The notes under the pieces were generated by a model, which did no database searches, was not told where the DNA came from, and saw nothing but the letters and a program-made list of their open reading frames with translations. Both the position numbers and the translations under genes were made by a program. 64,000 nt of DNA from Aulosira sp. ZfuVER01 (GTDB taxonomy: Bacteria > Cyanobacteriota > Cyanobacteriia > Cyanobacteriales > Nostocaceae): the NCBI GenBank assembly GCA_034530615.2, contig JAVRCV020000048.1, positions 51,366 through 115,365 of the forward strand. Direction: 5' to 3'. Below, one piece after another: positions 12,875-21,785 of the stretch (position 1 is its first letter; every line of letters begins with the position of its first letter).

Positions 12875-15127
12875 ATGAATGTTAATCAATCCGAATCAAG
12901 TGTAGAGCTGAAACCACTATCACCGCCTTACTTTCTCTTCGGAACAGATATAGAGGATAAAAGTAGTAGTGAGCAGTTTCTACTAAGTATTTACGATTCT
13001 GGACAAGCATCTATTTTTGTAGTTGATGTTCTGGAAGATGGGGATTTTCGCTACGTAGCGCTTAACCCAACTCATGAACGATGGATAGGTATTCGCTCAG
13101 ATGAACTCAAAGGTAAAAGACCAGAGGATATTCTCTCACCAATGGATGCTGCTAGGGTACGGCAGCACTATAGTGACTGCGTGCGCTTTGGCAAAACAAT
13201 TTCTTACGAACAATGCTTGCAATTCCAAGGAGTTCCGACTTGGTGGAGTACGACTCTGACACCATTACGGGATGCTAATTCTAGGATTTATCGACTAATT
13301 GGGACTAGTAGTAATATTACTCCAGCAAAGCAGGTAGAAAGAGACGGGAGGCTTCAATCACAAAGGGCGCAACTAGTAGAAGCGATCGCTCAAAAAATTT
13401 GCCAATCTCAAGATTTAGAGACAATTCTGCAACAGATAGTTAAGGAAGTGCGGAATCTGTTAAACAGCGATCGCGTCTTAGTTTACCGCTTCTTGGCTAA
13501 TGGCAATGATGCGATCGTTGCAGAAGCAACTGTAGCTGCTAGCGGTTCGTTGTTGGATAAAAATATCACCGATCCTTGCTTCAGCAACAAAAATCGCGAA
13601 CGCTACAAACGAGGCGGGATTCAAGTAATTGAAGATATTTATGCAGCTGGGTTACATCCTTGCCAAATAGATTTCCTCGCCTCTTTGCAGGTTAGGGCTA
13701 ATTTAGTTGTACCGATTTTGTTACAGCAGGAATTGTGGGGGCTATTAATTGCCCAGCATTGCTGTAAACCCCATCAATGGCAAGATACAGAAATTGACTT
13801 ACTCAAGCATCTAGCAACCCAAATCGGAATTGCAGCCCAGCAAGCAGAACTTCAGCAGCAGTTACAACAGATTAAAGCTGAGATGGAGTTGCAAAAACAA
13901 CAATATACAGCCGAGTTACAAAAAATTCAGAACTTTCAAACACTGACACGACGCATTACCGAACAAATCCGCGATTCTCTAGATGCGAGCCAGGTCATAG
14001 AAACAGTAATTCAAGAATTAGCCTCATTACTCAACAGCGATCGCTGCCACATTGAACTCTATAGTAATGATTGCACCCTAGCAACCATTGCCTATGAACA
14101 CACTAATAGCGCACCTTTCTGTCAAGGATTGAGCAAACAAGTTGCAGACTTCCCCGAAATTTATCAACGATTATTGCAAAAACAACCTCTGCATTCTGTA
14201 GAAATTTTACCAGGATGGCAACCGGAAATACGGTTAGTGACGCAGATAGCTTATCCAATTTTCGATGAGCAAGGAGTTATAGGCAATCTTTGGCTGATCC
14301 GCGCTACACAACAGCCCTTTGATGAATTAGAAAATGGAATAGTGCAGCAGACAGCAAATCAATGTGCGATCGCTATTCGCAAATCTAGGCTGAGTGAAAC
14401 CATCCAAACCCAGGTGAAAGAGTTAGAAACAATCGAACGCCTCAAAAGCGAATTTCTCCGCACCCTAGCTCAAGAACTGCGCACACCCATCACCAGCATT
14501 AGCCTTGCAGCCCAAACTCTCGAAAGCGTTCTCACGATAGAAAGACTCTCAGATAAAGACATCGTGGCGCAATTGTTGCAAATTCTCCATAGCGAATGTG
14601 GCAGAGGTAGTAAGTTAATTAACGACTTGCTGACACTCACACATCAAGAAGACTCACTTGATCCCCAAACCTTAATCGCCATCGACTTACAAACCTGGCT
14701 GCCTCCAATTGTCGAGTCTTTTAGAGAAGTTACCGCTTGCCAGCGGCAGCAGTTAAAACTAGATATTGAGACAGCAATACTACCTTTAGAAACAGATATC
14801 ACAGAATTAGAGCGAATTATCACAGAACTATTGAGCCATGTCTGCAAATATACACCTGTGGGCGAAACAATCACAGTATCAGCGCAATTGATAGCAGATA
14901 TAGTACAGATTAGTTTCCACAATTCTGGATTAGAAATACCTGTCCAGCAAAGAGAAAGGATTTTTGAGCCGTTTTATCACCTTGCTAAAAACGACCCTTG
15001 GAAACATAGCGGCACTGGATTGGAACTAGCATTAGTACAGAAGATGGTCAGACATTTAGGTGGTTCAATTCAAGTAGAAAGTGTAGCAGGGCAAACCATC
15101 TTTATACTCAAATTCCCCAAAGCCTAA
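12875..15127 (+). CDS. PAS-GAF(cyanobacteriochrome-like, DXCF)-GAF-HisKA-HATPase sensor with degenerate kinase motifs
   Basis: PAS/PAC (WWSTTLTPLRD), GAF DRVLVYRF..DPCF..HPCQ..ANLVVPI..LWGLLIAQHC, H-box AQELRTP; start uncertain (TTG 12791 or ATG 12875). Confidence 0.88.
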   Translation: MNVNQSESSVELKPLSPPYFLFGTDIEDKSSSEQFLLSIYDSGQASIFVVDVLEDGDFRYVALNPTHERWIGIRSDELKGKRPEDILSPMDAARVRQHYSDCVRFGKTISYEQCLQFQGVPTWWSTTLTPLRDANSRIYRLIGTSSNITPAKQVERDGRLQSQRAQLVEAIAQKICQSQDLETILQQIVKEVRNLLNSDRVLVYRFLANGNDAIVAEATVAASGSLLDKNITDPCFSNKNRERYKRGGIQVIEDIYAAGLHPCQIDFLASLQVRANLVVPILLQQELWGLLIAQHCCKPHQWQDTEIDLLKHLATQIGIAAQQAELQQQLQQIKAEMELQKQQYTAELQKIQNFQTLTRRITEQIRDSLDASQVIETVIQELASLLNSDRCHIELYSNDCTLATIAYEHTNSAPFCQGLSKQVADFPEIYQRLLQKQPLHSVEILPGWQPEIRLVTQIAYPIFDEQGVIGNLWLIRATQQPFDELENGIVQQTANQCAIAIRKSRLSETIQTQVKELETIERLKSEFLRTLAQELRTPITSISLAAQTLESVLTIERLSDKDIVAQLLQILHSECGRGSKLINDLLTLTHQEDSLDPQTLIAIDLQTWLPPIVESFREVTACQRQQLKLDIETAILPLETDITELERIITELLSHVCKYTPVGETITVSAQLIADIVQISFHNSGLEIPVQQRERIFEPFYHLAKNDPWKHSGTGLELALVQKMVRHLGGSIQVESVAGQTIFILKFPKA

Positions 15128-15189
15128 AATATTTCTCTCTCTCTGCACTAGTAAAGCTGCCACCCATTTGCTATAATCACTTTTTGTAT

Positions 15190-15261
15190 GGGTGACTAGC
15201 TCAACGGTAGAGCATCGGACTCTTAATCCGCTGGTTCTGAGTTCGAATCTCAGGTCACCCA
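15190..15261 (+). tRNA. trnK: tRNA-Lys (anticodon CTT)
   Basis: GGGTGAC/GTCACCC acceptor stem, GCTC/GAGC D-arm, CT-CTT-AA anticodon loop, CTGAG-TTCGAAT-CTCAG T-arm. Confidence 0.95.
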
Positions 15262-15876
15262 CCTCCTAAAAATTTTTTAACCACTTAAATAGCGATGGCT
15301 TATCCTAAGGGAAACGCTGCACCAATGCTAACGCCTTCGGTGAACTTACTTGAGTAGATAATGCTGATATTGAATCGCGTTTTTCTTTCAAAAATAAACA
15401 TGCGATCGCTCACGCTCAAAAAATGCAAGTTATCCATAATATTAATGAATATATTGCAATTAGATAGTGTAATAAAGTTTCATCACCTGTAATGATGGAT
15501 AAGTTCATAGTATTGTTGTTTATCTGTAAGGCGGATAGTGTTAGTAAAGCGAGTCCGCCTGTTTACTTAGTACATGACAGCAGATAAACAATTTTTGGCA
15601 ATTGTCATTTGTCATTTCTTTCCCTTCTCCCTGTCCTCTTTGTCTACCTTGTCCTGTTTCACGAGTTGTTGTCAAAAACCTACACTTTTCAGCTACTCCC
15701 TGTTCCCGACAGCGCCAAGAGCCAAATTACAAATTATAAAGTTTTGCTGTAATTCAACAATTGCTTACATCCAGGTGAAAGTCCAAGTCTGGCAATGATC
15801 ACAGGTGCGATCGCGCTTCTGAAAGTCAGGGTATTATGTACTCGAAAACTATGCAGCATAAAACCTAAGGTTTTGC

Positions 15877-16902
15877 ATGAAAGTAGCTGTCTTCAGTACT
15901 AAAACCTACGATCGGCAGTTTTTAGAAGCTGCAAATTCTCCCAAACAGCACGATTTAGTATTTTTTGAACCCCGGCTAAATCGAGATACCGCTATCTTAG
16001 CCGCCGGATTTCCAGCAGTTTGTGTATTTGTACATGACCAGGTTGACGCCTCAACTTTAAAGATTCTCGCCTCAAACGGAACTCGCCTGGTTGCTCTGCG
16101 CTGTGCAGGGTTTAACAATGTAGATTTAACTACAGCAGCAGACTTAGGAATTACAATTGTACGTGTACCTGCCTACTCACCCTATGGGGTTGCAGAACAC
16201 GCTGTAGGATTAATTTTGAGCCTCAATCGCAAAATTCACCGCGCCTATAACCGCGTTCGCGAAGGCAATTTTTCCCTAGATAGATTGCTGGGATTCAACC
16301 TCAACGGACGTACTGTCGGGATTATCGGTACTGGCAAAATTGGTTTAATTTTGGGACAGATCATGAAAGGGTTTGGCTGTCACCTACTGGCCTATGACGT
16401 ATATCACAACCCAGAATTAGAAGCGATAGGCGGAAAGTATGTAGAATTGCCTGAGCTATTTGCTAACTCTGATATCATCTCTCTACATTGTCCCTTAACT
16501 CCTGAAACTCATCACTTGATCGATAATCAAGCGATCGCTCAGATGAAACCAGGCATTATGATCGTTAATACTAGCCGAGGTGCGCTGATTGACACCCAAG
16601 CAGTAATTGAAGGGTTAAAATCTGGTCAAATTGGCTATCTTGGTGTTGATGTATACGAGCAAGAATCAGAATTGTTCTTTGAAGATTTGTCAGGTGAAAT
16701 TATCCAAGATGATGTTTTCCAGCACTTAACAACTTTTCCTAACGTGCTGATCACCGGACATCAAGCCTTCTTTACAGAAGAAGCCCTGCGTAATATTGCG
16801 GATACAACTATGGCTAATATTGCTGATGTTGAACAGGGTCGCCCATGTCACAATGAAATCCGATCTCAACCGCAGCCTGGAAATAAGGTACTGGTTAGCT
16901 GA
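15877..16902 (+). CDS. ldhA: D-lactate dehydrogenase (D-2-hydroxyacid dehydrogenase)
   Basis: ALRCAGFNNVD, RVPAYSP..VAEH, GIIGTGKIG, NTSRG, DVYEQE, TGHQAF. Confidence 0.9.
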   Translation: MKVAVFSTKTYDRQFLEAANSPKQHDLVFFEPRLNRDTAILAAGFPAVCVFVHDQVDASTLKILASNGTRLVALRCAGFNNVDLTTAADLGITIVRVPAYSPYGVAEHAVGLILSLNRKIHRAYNRVREGNFSLDRLLGFNLNGRTVGIIGTGKIGLILGQIMKGFGCHLLAYDVYHNPELEAIGGKYVELPELFANSDIISLHCPLTPETHHLIDNQAIAQMKPGIMIVNTSRGALIDTQAVIEGLKSGQIGYLGVDVYEQESELFFEDLSGEIIQDDVFQHLTTFPNVLITGHQAFFTEEALRNIADTTMANIADVEQGRPCHNEIRSQPQPGNKVLVS

Positions 16903-17097
16903 TACCTGGTCTCTTAAAAGTCGCGTTTCCAGAGACAAAACCCGCCACCCTTCGGCTTACTATGTCTTATACATGATTTCCGACTCTTTATTTATGCTTG
17001 GCTGTACTAAGAAGCGGAATCTCTGAGGCTATCTGGTATACATTGGTAAGGGAAAAGTCTCAAGACGAGCCACTAGGCGTCCGCGCTTTAACAGAGC

Positions 17098-18906
17098 ATG
17101 ACAATAACCCTTCTCAACAATCGCTATCAAGTTATTCAGGTACTCGGTGCTGGTGGTTTTGGCGAAACCTTTCTGGCAGAAGATACTCATATGCCTTCTC
17201 GCCGTCGCTGTGTCATCAAGCAACTCAAACCAATCAGCAATGATCCGCCAACCTACCAGATGATTCAACAGCGGTTTGAAAGAGAAGCCGCAACTTTAGA
17301 GTATTTAGGCAAAAGTAGCGACCAAATCCCGGAACTTTATGCCTACTTTTCTGAAAACGGACAGTTTTACCTCGTTCAAGAATGGATTCACGGACAAACC
17401 TTGAGAGATGTTGTCCAAGCTAAAGGATACGAAAGTGAAACTGTAGTTCGAGAAATTCTCTTAAGTCTATTGCCCGTCTTAGACTATATCCACAGCAAGG
17501 GAATTATTCACCGAGATATCAAGCCTGATAACATCATTCTCCGTTCCCCAGATAGCAAGCCAGTTCTTATTGATTTTGGTGCAGTCAAGGAAACTATCCG
17601 TTCAGTAGTGAGTTCTCCAGGATTACCTGCGCAATCAATGGTAATTGGTACACCTGGGTATATGCCGAGCGAACAAGCTTTAGGACGACCAGTCTATGCC
17701 ACTGACATCTATAGTTTAGGCTTAACAGCGATTTATTTATTAACTGGTAAACAACCGCAAGAACTAGAAACCGACCAGCAAACTGGGGAAATTCTTTGGC
17801 AGGAATATGCTCCTAACATCTCTGTAAGTTTGGCAAAGGTACTAAATCAGGCAATTAAGCCTAATGCTGGCGATCGCTATACTACTGCCAGTAAAATGCT
17901 CTATGCTTTAGAGTCTGCCAGTTATATTGTTCCTCACGCAGTTACCACAGCTACGACAGCTGCTGTCTCAATTCGGCAAACCCAGCCATTATATTCGCCG
18001 CAACCCCAAAAAATTACCTCTAGAAATTGGCAGAAGCCTGCTGTAATTGTCAGCAGTTTAGTAGTAGGTGGATTGATTGGTGGGTTAGTGATTTCTAGCA
18101 TAACCCGCCAACCAGAATCGGCAGCACCTATCGTCAGTAATTCCACCCCTTCACCAGAATCATTAGGTACTAATCCCGAACCTACCGATACCCCAATTTC
18201 TTCCCAACCTTCCCCAAGCGCATCACCCTCGCCTGTGCAAGTAATTCCTGCACCTATTCCTCTTAACCCTAAAGTAGAATCCAATCCTCCAGAGACTACA
18301 ACATCACTGCCAAAGAGAGAGCCTGTAACTTCTGATACTCCTACACCAATCGCAACATTAGCACCACAACCAAAAACCGAAAATCAGCCACCTGTAGTTC
18401 CAACACCAGAAGTCCGTTCAACACCACAGAACAACGACCAGCCTACCAAGTCAGCTAGTATTAGCAGGCAAACCGTTCCGGCATTTCCTACTGGTACACA
18501 AAGAAGCAGCGTGGAAGCTACTCTTGGCAAACCAAGGAAAGATTTAAGAGGCCTGTGGCCCAATACTCGGGCAGTCACTTATAAGGTAGTACCAAACCAA
18601 ATTGACTTAGGTTACTTATTTGATCGTAAAACTGGAGCTTTGCGCCAAACAGAAGCAGCTTTTGCCCAATCGGTAGACCCCCAAGTAATGCAGAGTACTT
18701 TAGATGGAATGTTAGGTGGTCAAGCTACTGAAGAAATTAGACAAGGACTACAACAGATACAACGTCGTCAGTCTGATAATTTCCAGTTTTCCAAAGGTTC
18801 GGTGAAGGGTCAGATTGTCCGTCAAGATTGTGATTTTATTTACATCAGTATTTGGGATGCAGACTTACATGATTTTGTCAGTCCGTCGGCGGCAAAACAG
18901 TGTTAA
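17098..18906 (+). CDS. Hanks-type Ser/Thr protein kinase with TM segment, Pro-rich linker and extracellular domain
   Basis: LGAGGFG, VIKQL, HRDIKPDN, DFG, GTPGYMPSE, DIYSLG; TM VIVSSLVVGGLIGGLVI. Confidence 0.93.
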   Translation: MTITLLNNRYQVIQVLGAGGFGETFLAEDTHMPSRRRCVIKQLKPISNDPPTYQMIQQRFEREAATLEYLGKSSDQIPELYAYFSENGQFYLVQEWIHGQTLRDVVQAKGYESETVVREILLSLLPVLDYIHSKGIIHRDIKPDNIILRSPDSKPVLIDFGAVKETIRSVVSSPGLPAQSMVIGTPGYMPSEQALGRPVYATDIYSLGLTAIYLLTGKQPQELETDQQTGEILWQEYAPNISVSLAKVLNQAIKPNAGDRYTTASKMLYALESASYIVPHAVTTATTAAVSIRQTQPLYSPQPQKITSRNWQKPAVIVSSLVVGGLIGGLVISSITRQPESAAPIVSNSTPSPESLGTNPEPTDTPISSQPSPSASPSPVQVIPAPIPLNPKVESNPPETTTSLPKREPVTSDTPTPIATLAPQPKTENQPPVVPTPEVRSTPQNNDQPTKSASISRQTVPAFPTGTQRSSVEATLGKPRKDLRGLWPNTRAVTYKVVPNQIDLGYLFDRKTGALRQTEAAFAQSVDPQVMQSTLDGMLGGQATEEIRQGLQQIQRRQSDNFQFSKGSVKGQIVRQDCDFIYISIWDADLHDFVSPSAAKQC

Positions 18907-18959
18907 ATCTATGCAGACTTTTTTATGTAGCGACCTGCAAGACCATCTGAACAACTATA

Positions 18960-18981
18960 AGGGCGGGGTTTTCCTGCCCTT
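18960..18981. terminator. Hairpin downstream of kinase (terminator or REP-like)
   Basis: AGGGCGGG-GTTT-TCCTGCCCT followed by TATTT. Confidence 0.45.
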
Positions 18982-19288
18982 ATTTCTAATACCAATTTGA
19001 AAAAAGAATGATTTATTCCAAACGGCAACAGGCTTACTGGCTGACAGTCCAGATTCGTTGCTCATAAGTTTTTTAATAGTGATATGGCTTGCGATAAATA
19101 GTTAATCTATTTAAGCAACAGTTTATACTCAGATTCTTGAAAGCTGTTATAAATTGAACCTTAAATCATAAGGTGCATTAAGCTTTGCCATAACGCACTG
19201 AGATGGATGATGAATTACGGCTACTTTTTACTTTCTCAAACGCTCAATTTGTTACATGGTCGTAACACACGCTACTCCATATCAATAT

Positions 19289-19561
19289 TTCAGGCTCAAA
19301 CGTGCAACTTTGAGGATAAAAGGCGCAATTTCGAGGATAAAAGGCGCAACTTCGAGCCTCAAAGGTTCAACCGTCAGCCTTAAAAGCTCAACTGTCAGCC
19401 TCAGAGGTTCAAGCTTCAGCCTTAAAGGCTCAAGTGTCAGCCTCAAAGGTTCAATCGTCAGCCTCAAAGGCTCAAGTGTCAGCCTCAAAGGTTCAATCGT
19501 CAGCTTCAAAGGCTCAAGTGCTAGCTTCAAAGGCTCAATTGTTAGCCTTTAAGGCTCAAAA
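19289..19561. repeat. Tandem array of 13 x 21-bp units, consensus GTCAGCCTCAAAGG(C/T)TCAA(G/T/C)(T/C)
   Basis: Units aligned by hand at exact 21-bp period without indels; units 8 and 10 identical; units 1-3 most diverged. Confidence 0.95.
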
Positions 19562-19783
19562 ATGGCTTGATGAAGACAATTTGCGCCTACACAAACAAAA
19601 CCCGCCTTATCCCTCTTTTATCACTACGGGGAGAGAATAATACTCTACCCAATCTGAACCTTAGACAAAATCATCAATTGAGCGATCGCATGATCATTTT
19701 CTCATTTAACTTAGCTTGTTGATAAATAACCCAATAATAAGACTTAGGGATTATTCTCTGCTGAAAGTAACAAAAGAGGGCTT

Positions 19784-19886
19784 ATACCATTTCACCAAAA
19801 ATATGATGCAGACGCAAACCCTGGAACCTTTGCTGAGTCTCAATTTCTTAATTTTGAATTTTGAATTTTGAATTTTGAATTGGTAT
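19784..19886. repeat. Small element with ATACCA(T/A)TTC...GAATTGGTAT ends containing (AATTTTG)n STRR
   Basis: ataccatttc at left, gaattggtat at right, four aattttg heptamers inside. Confidence 0.6.
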
Positions 19887-19965
19887 TACCTGGGTTTCAA
19901 AAATCTGTGTTTCAACCACAGGGTAGAGAACAGCAATACTGTGCCCTTACGAAAAATCTATAATT

Positions 19966-20092
19966 TAGGGAACTCCAAGAAATAAATTATGCGACAAGTA
20001 GGGGCAGGGCACCAATAAAATATTGGTATTACCGAAAGTTTGTGGATGTCGTGCCCCTACAATTGAGTTATTTTTTATTTGTTAATCCCTTA
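19966..20092. repeat. MITE-like element carrying a REP-like GTAGGGGCA...TGCCCCTAC core
   Basis: Imperfect terminal IRs TAGGGAACTCCAAGAAATAAA / TTTTTTATTTGTTAATCCCTTA; inner IR 19998-20060. Confidence 0.6.
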
Positions 20093-20192
20093 TCGGGATT
20101 TTGGTGAATTTGTTACACCTGGTTATCCCACCATATTATTTAAATTGCTGGTGCGTTATGGCAGAACACCCAACGCACCATAATTTTCAGTG

Positions 20193-20666
20193 TTAGGTAG
20201 CAGAAGTTTCAGGTTGCTTTTTCTTAGGACGGCGGGTAAACCTGCGTCCCATCTCATCAATGACTGCGTCTAAACCTGTAACATCACCGCTAGCTTTAGC
20301 ATAGTTGTAAATTGCTAATGCTGATGTATATGCTTCACTACCAGCAGCCATACAAGTGTCATCCACTAGTTCTTGCAGTTGCGTCAGCGATAGCAGTACT
20401 GGATACAAGGCTTCATACAGCCCTAAATCCCGCCGCATCTCTTCTAAATCAAAGGAACGGGGTAAAAAATCGGGGTTTTGTGTGCCTACTTCCAAGGCTT
20501 TGCTGACAAAAGCCCGACTTTTATCACCCATTTTGACTATGGTGCGACGGTCTTCGGTTGTTAAATCAACTAAAAACGGTAATTTTTGCCGAATAGTCGC
20601 GATCGCTTTCATCACCTCATCCCGATCTGTTTGGGAAAATTTAGCACTGATATGATTTTCTGCCAT
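20193..20666 (-). CDS. Uncharacterised 157-aa helical protein
   Basis: AAGGAG RBS shortly before ATG 20666; protein-like motifs LPFLVDLT..RR...KMGDKSRAFV..AL...QNP.F.P and DT...GSEAY..AL..Y...K; no known domain recognised. Confidence 0.85.
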   Translation of the reverse strand: MAENHISAKFSQTDRDEVMKAIATIRQKLPFLVDLTTEDRRTIVKMGDKSRAFVSKALEVGTQNPDFLPRSFDLEEMRRDLGLYEALYPVLLSLTQLQELVDDTCMAAGSEAYTSALAIYNYAKASGDVTGLDAVIDEMGRRFTRRPKKKQPETSAT

Positions 20667-20743
20667 TTTTGGCACTCCTTGAGGACACTCAATCTCAGTA
20701 TTCCCAAAGTTAAAAAGGCGATCGCTAAACTCAACTGCATCAA

Positions 20744-21139
20744 TCAGCCTGAAATCACTGCGATACAATCAATTTCCACCAATACATCCTTCGGTAAGCG
20801 CGATACTTCTACACAAGCCCGTGCTGGCGCAGTGTCCTCCGGAAAATATTTGGCATAAATCGTATTTACAACTGCAAAATCATTCATATCAGCAAGAAAT
20901 ACAGTGGTTTTCACCACATCTTTAAAACTTGCACCTGCTGCTGTCAAAATAGCTTCCAAATTAGCCATTACCTGCTCAGTTTGCTTTTTCACATCATCAG
21001 TGTAGACAACCTGACCAATACGGGGATCGATGGCAATTTGTCCAGCCACAAACACCATTTGACCAGAAGCCGCGATCGCTTGATTATATGGACCCACTGG
21101 TTCAGGTGCGTTATCAGTACGAATAACAGTCTTACTCAT
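20744..21139 (-). CDS. ridA: RidA/YjgF family enamine/imine deaminase
   Basis: [53 protein letters not shown]. Confidence 0.92.
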   Translation of the reverse strand: MSKTVIRTDNAPEPVGPYNQAIAASGQMVFVAGQIAIDPRIGQVVYTDDVKKQTEQVMANLEAILTAAGASFKDVVKTTVFLADMNDFAVVNTIYAKYFPEDTAPARACVEVSRLPKDVLVEIDCIAVISG

Positions 21140-21183
21140 CTTCTCTTCTCTCCGCGCCCTCTGCGCCTTGGCGGTTCGTTATC

Positions 21184-21615
21184 CTAACCCAATCTGGGAC
21201 GTAACCCATAATGCCGATACTGCCAATAATCCCGCAAAATGCGATCGTGGTCAAAACACAAATTCCCCGGCACAAGCCAAGACTCAAAAATTCCGATATT
21301 CTTAGCATCATCACCTGCTTTTGGCTCACCCTTAGCTGTAGCCAAAAACACAATGCTAATTGTATGCTGACGGGGATCGCGGTTGGGGTCAGAATATACC
21401 AAAAATTGTTCAACCAACTCCACCTGCAAACCAGTTTCTTCCTCAGCTTCCCGCCGCGCCGCGACTTCCACAGCTTCGCCGTAATCCACAAATCCACCAG
21501 GAAGCGCCCAACCTAGAGGTGAATTATGTCTCTCAATTAACACTATGGGTAGATGAGGACGATCCACCAATTCAATAATGATATCTACCGTTGGAGCAGG
21601 ATTTCTATAATTCAT
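21184..21615 (-). CDS. NUDIX hydrolase (ADP-ribose pyrophosphatase-like)
   Basis: [25 protein letters not shown]udix box, RDPR, FDH. Confidence 0.92.
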   Translation of the reverse strand: MNYRNPAPTVDIIIELVDRPHLPIVLIERHNSPLGWALPGGFVDYGEAVEVAARREAEEETGLQVELVEQFLVYSDPNRDPRQHTISIVFLATAKGEPKAGDDAKNIGIFESWLVPGNLCFDHDRILRDYWQYRHYGLRPRLG

Positions 21616-21785
21616 ATGCAGTATTAAGTATTAAGTAGTAATTATGCGCTTTCATAGGGATTTGTTACATTCTGTACTTCTCTCACCATAGGCAGCTATT
21701 AAACCAGTCCCTACCGTGATAAATTCGATGCGATCGCGTAGCGTGTCCATTAGACATCGCTTCCTCCTATATCATCTGATTAAAT

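Noticed and set aside
15530..15560. Hairpin AGGCGGA...TCCGCCT upstream of ldhA as riboswitch or sRNA
   Set aside because: Single short stem with no recognisable aptamer motif.
15190..15876. Integrative element at tRNA-Lys
   Set aside because: No integrase and no duplicated tRNA 3' end seen in the window.
19289..19561. CRISPR array
   Set aside because: Units are contiguous 21-mers with no unique spacers, and no cas genes are present.
20667..20768. 191-aa extended version of the hypothetical protein overlapping ridA
   Set aside because: ATG 20666 has a strong AAGGAG RBS; the extension overlaps ridA and starts at a non-ATG codon.
21664..21677. NtcA-like site before malQ (GTT-N8-TAC)
   Set aside because: Imperfect palindrome and no -10 box at the expected spacing.
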